The translations under genes and the position numbers were made by a program. The notes under the pieces were generated by a model, which saw only the letters and a program-made list of their open reading frames with translations, was not told where the DNA came from and did not search any database. From Leptogorgia sarmentosa (Eukaryota), in assembly GCA_964658305.1 (NCBI GenBank), contig OZ210885.1, positions 10,602,001 to 10,666,000 of the forward strand: 64,000 nucleotides of DNA, written 5' to 3'. Shown here in pieces: positions 61,353-64,000 of the stretch (position 1 is its first letter; every line of letters starts with the position of its first letter).

Positions 61353-62235
61353 CGAGTCTTCGCCCGGAGGCGATTTACTTGCTATTCCGAGCCTTATTTT
61401 AACAGGGAAAACCGGGCTTAAGATTCCGTACGCGGCCACCCGGAAGGTAATATTTAATTTTCAGTTTATAGCGCATACGTTGTCAAAGTTTTTATCAGTA
61501 ACTTTGTTTTTTCATGGTATGGCTCTATCAACTAAAACTATACATCGCTTCACAGATGATACAACAAAAGAGTAGTTTTATTATAACAATCTTATTGTCA
61601 TTATTTTTTAAAACGTTTTTAGTGATAATCTTAATGCGAAGAATTTAGCGCGCGGGCTCTGAACAAACATCACTGGTTGAAACCAACGTGGTTGTTTTAT
61701 CTCCAGGCATACAACGTTGCCGGCGAACTTTCTCTTCACTGCTTTTTTCATGCGCTCGCTCACCTAGTTGCCGGGTAGCACTCTTTCACGACCGCTGCGT
61801 GAGTGCGGAAATGGTAGACAGCAGACACACATAGAGATCAGAAGGAGACTCGGATTGCGCTTCGGTTGTTTGTGTCAAAAGGGAGACGCAAAGGTGGCAT
61901 GTTCGTTTGAGAAATGTTCGGCATGTTCATTCAGACAATGTGTATTTACTAGCAGTTTGTATGTATGTATGCAGTTGTCAGTGCATACAGTGTCCCGAAA
62001 GCTCACATCCAACATTATTTCATTTTACATCTCGTATTTATAATCCCCGTCGCTGTGCATTATCTTTGGCTTAGTTAGATAAATATAGTGCCAATTTTGA
62101 CAGCTCACAGATGCAGGAACTTCGGCCCTTGCTACTTGCTGATTATCTATCGACACATTTGCGTTTTGTTTTTATGTCCATTGACATAATACTGTTTTAC
62201 CTACAATGTATATTACGATACGTAATTAGTTTGAC

Positions 62236-64000
62236 TTCGTATCATCATATCACGGGGAAAAAATATTTCGTTCAGGTCACACTTCCCATACATAAAAGGA
62301 AATGGATGAAAACTTATTATCAAATCCTCATCAGAGAATTAAACTTTGGACCCCTTGTTTACGAAACGAGTGCTCTAACCTCTGAGCCAATGACGCGACC
62401 TGTTAAAATCTTCCTAGCGTGTTTCTTCCAACATTTTCTTTTATTTTCAACACCCTGAACTTCACACTTCATATTCTAAATTTTTGAAGAAAATAAAGCC
62501 TTATCAGAGATTGCATGCAAGCTTTTCACCAAATGCACTTGTCATAGAAAAAATTGGCGTACAGTCGAGAGCAAAGTAAACTTGTCACAAAAAAACTTGT
62601 CATAGAAAACTTGCTCGTCTGTAAAGGGCTTTAGTCTTTGATTGATTCTTAATATCGAATACATTACAACCAGGTGATCTCGTGTTGGTATTTTAGGCAA
62701 TCAGCGCTCGGAAAGGGTTATCCGAATAGAAATCCATTTTGCTATATTCACCCCATTATATGTTTGGTTATTCTTTATGAAACTAGATGAGAAATTATGT
62801 TTGGTTATGAGAACTATAGCTTTGAGAAAAATTTGGGTTCGTAATAAGATATATTATGTGAGATATTCAGTTGTTTCAATCGAAAAATGGGTTTCTGTCC
62901 GACAGCTAGTCCCAGTCCTTTTCCGTGTATTGAGATCAGCTGGAAGGAAGCGGAACTCTCAAAATCATTTCTCATCATTTCAACTTTCAAAATCATTTCT
63001 CATTCTCAAAACAGTCAAACTGATTTTTTATAACGACGCTATTTACCCCCCACCAGAGGTTTGAACGCTGGACCATTGGTTTACAAGATCAGTGCTCTAA
63101 CCTAGCTGTGAGATAACGAGGCTACTTCTCTTCGAAAGAAACTCATGACGTAAATGTAACTATGAGATTAATTTCACAAATGATCACGTGTTTTTCATAT
63201 AACAAGCTTTTTTCAAAAATTGAATTCCGCTCACACCAACTTGTGATGAAATTACAATTGTTCATTTATGGGTATGTTGTAACTGTAAGAACAACTTAGT
63301 AAAAAGGAAATGGATGAACATTTATTCAAAAAGCCTCATCAGAGGATTGAACTCTGGACCCCTGGTTTACAAGACCAGTGCTCTAACCACTGAGCTAATG
63401 AGGCAACTTCTCTCCCAAAGAAACTCATATGCATAATGTAAATGTAACTATGGAATTATTTTCACACATGATCACGAGTTTTTCATATAATAAGCTTTTC
63501 TGAAAAAATTGAATTCCATTCACACCAACTGTGATAAAATCACAATTGTTCATTTATGGATATATTGTAGAACAACTTAAGAAAAAGGAAATGCATGAAC
63601 ACTTATGAATGACTTATTCACAAAGCATCATCAGAAAATACCATTGTTCATCTATGGGTGTGTAGTAAGAACAACTTACGTAAAAGGAAATGGATGAACA
63701 CTTATTCATATAGCCTCATCAGAGAATTCAGCTCTGGAGACTGGTTTGCTAGCCTATATACTTTAGCCAATTAAGAAGTCAATTATAATTAATTTCCCGG
63801 GTCGTATAATCACCTATTTTTCATGAAATAAATTCTCCTCAAAAATTTTGTTTCAGGTCACACTTCTCATAGAATCACTAGATAACTTGATACCTTGTAA
63901 CGAATAACCGAAAAACAAAATGGCCATGTATTCTTATTCCCAAAGCCCCATCAGATCAGAGAATTGAACACTGTACCCCTAGGTTACGAAACCAGTGTCC
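62236..64000 (-). repeat. Cluster of tRNA-Thr-containing repeat units (degenerate copies at ~62327-62396, ~63045-63123, ~63713-63770, ~63945-64000)
   Basis: Recurrent AAAAGGAAATGGATGAA..TTATTC...CCTCATCAGAG and TTCAGGTCACACTTC flanks; about 288 bp between two adjacent units. Confidence 0.8.
63332..63404 (-). tRNA. tRNA-Thr(TGT), perfect cloverleaf, embedded in a repeat unit
   Basis: Minus strand GCCTCAT-TA-GCTC AGTGGTTA GAGC-A-CTGGT CTTGTAA ACCAG-GGGTC-CAGAG TTCAATC CTCTG-ATGAGGC-T. All four stems pair and a T-run follows. It could instead be a young tRNA-derived repeat. Confidence 0.72.

Overview
AT-rich, repeat-dense, intron-containing animal genomic DNA; the repeat landscape and protein style suggest a cnidarian/coral-like genome (inference). 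One large + strand gene dominates (3709-53571). It assembles from 16 GT-AG coding exons with consistent phases into a ~1,700-aa STAND/NLR protein: HEPN-like domain with RNEWAH (Rx4H) motif, coiled coil, APAF-1-type NB-ARC, then WD40 propellers. It is APAF-1-like but has a putative RNase effector where APAF-1 has a CARD. Its ~13-kb last intron holds two apparently intact autonomous hAT transposons, each with perfect TIRs and 8-bp TSDs and each nested in an older element. The second (44946-50977) encodes a 4-exon, ~1,199-aa fusion of an OTU-like cysteine protease, a Pro-rich linker, a TTF-type zinc finger and a hAT transposase. The rest is hAT-type, Harbinger-type and Tc1-type MITEs, GCGAAGC-capped long hairpins, a SINE-like fragment, and a terminal cluster of tRNA-Thr repeats with one perfect cloverleaf. 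All calls come from manual reading; no searches were run.
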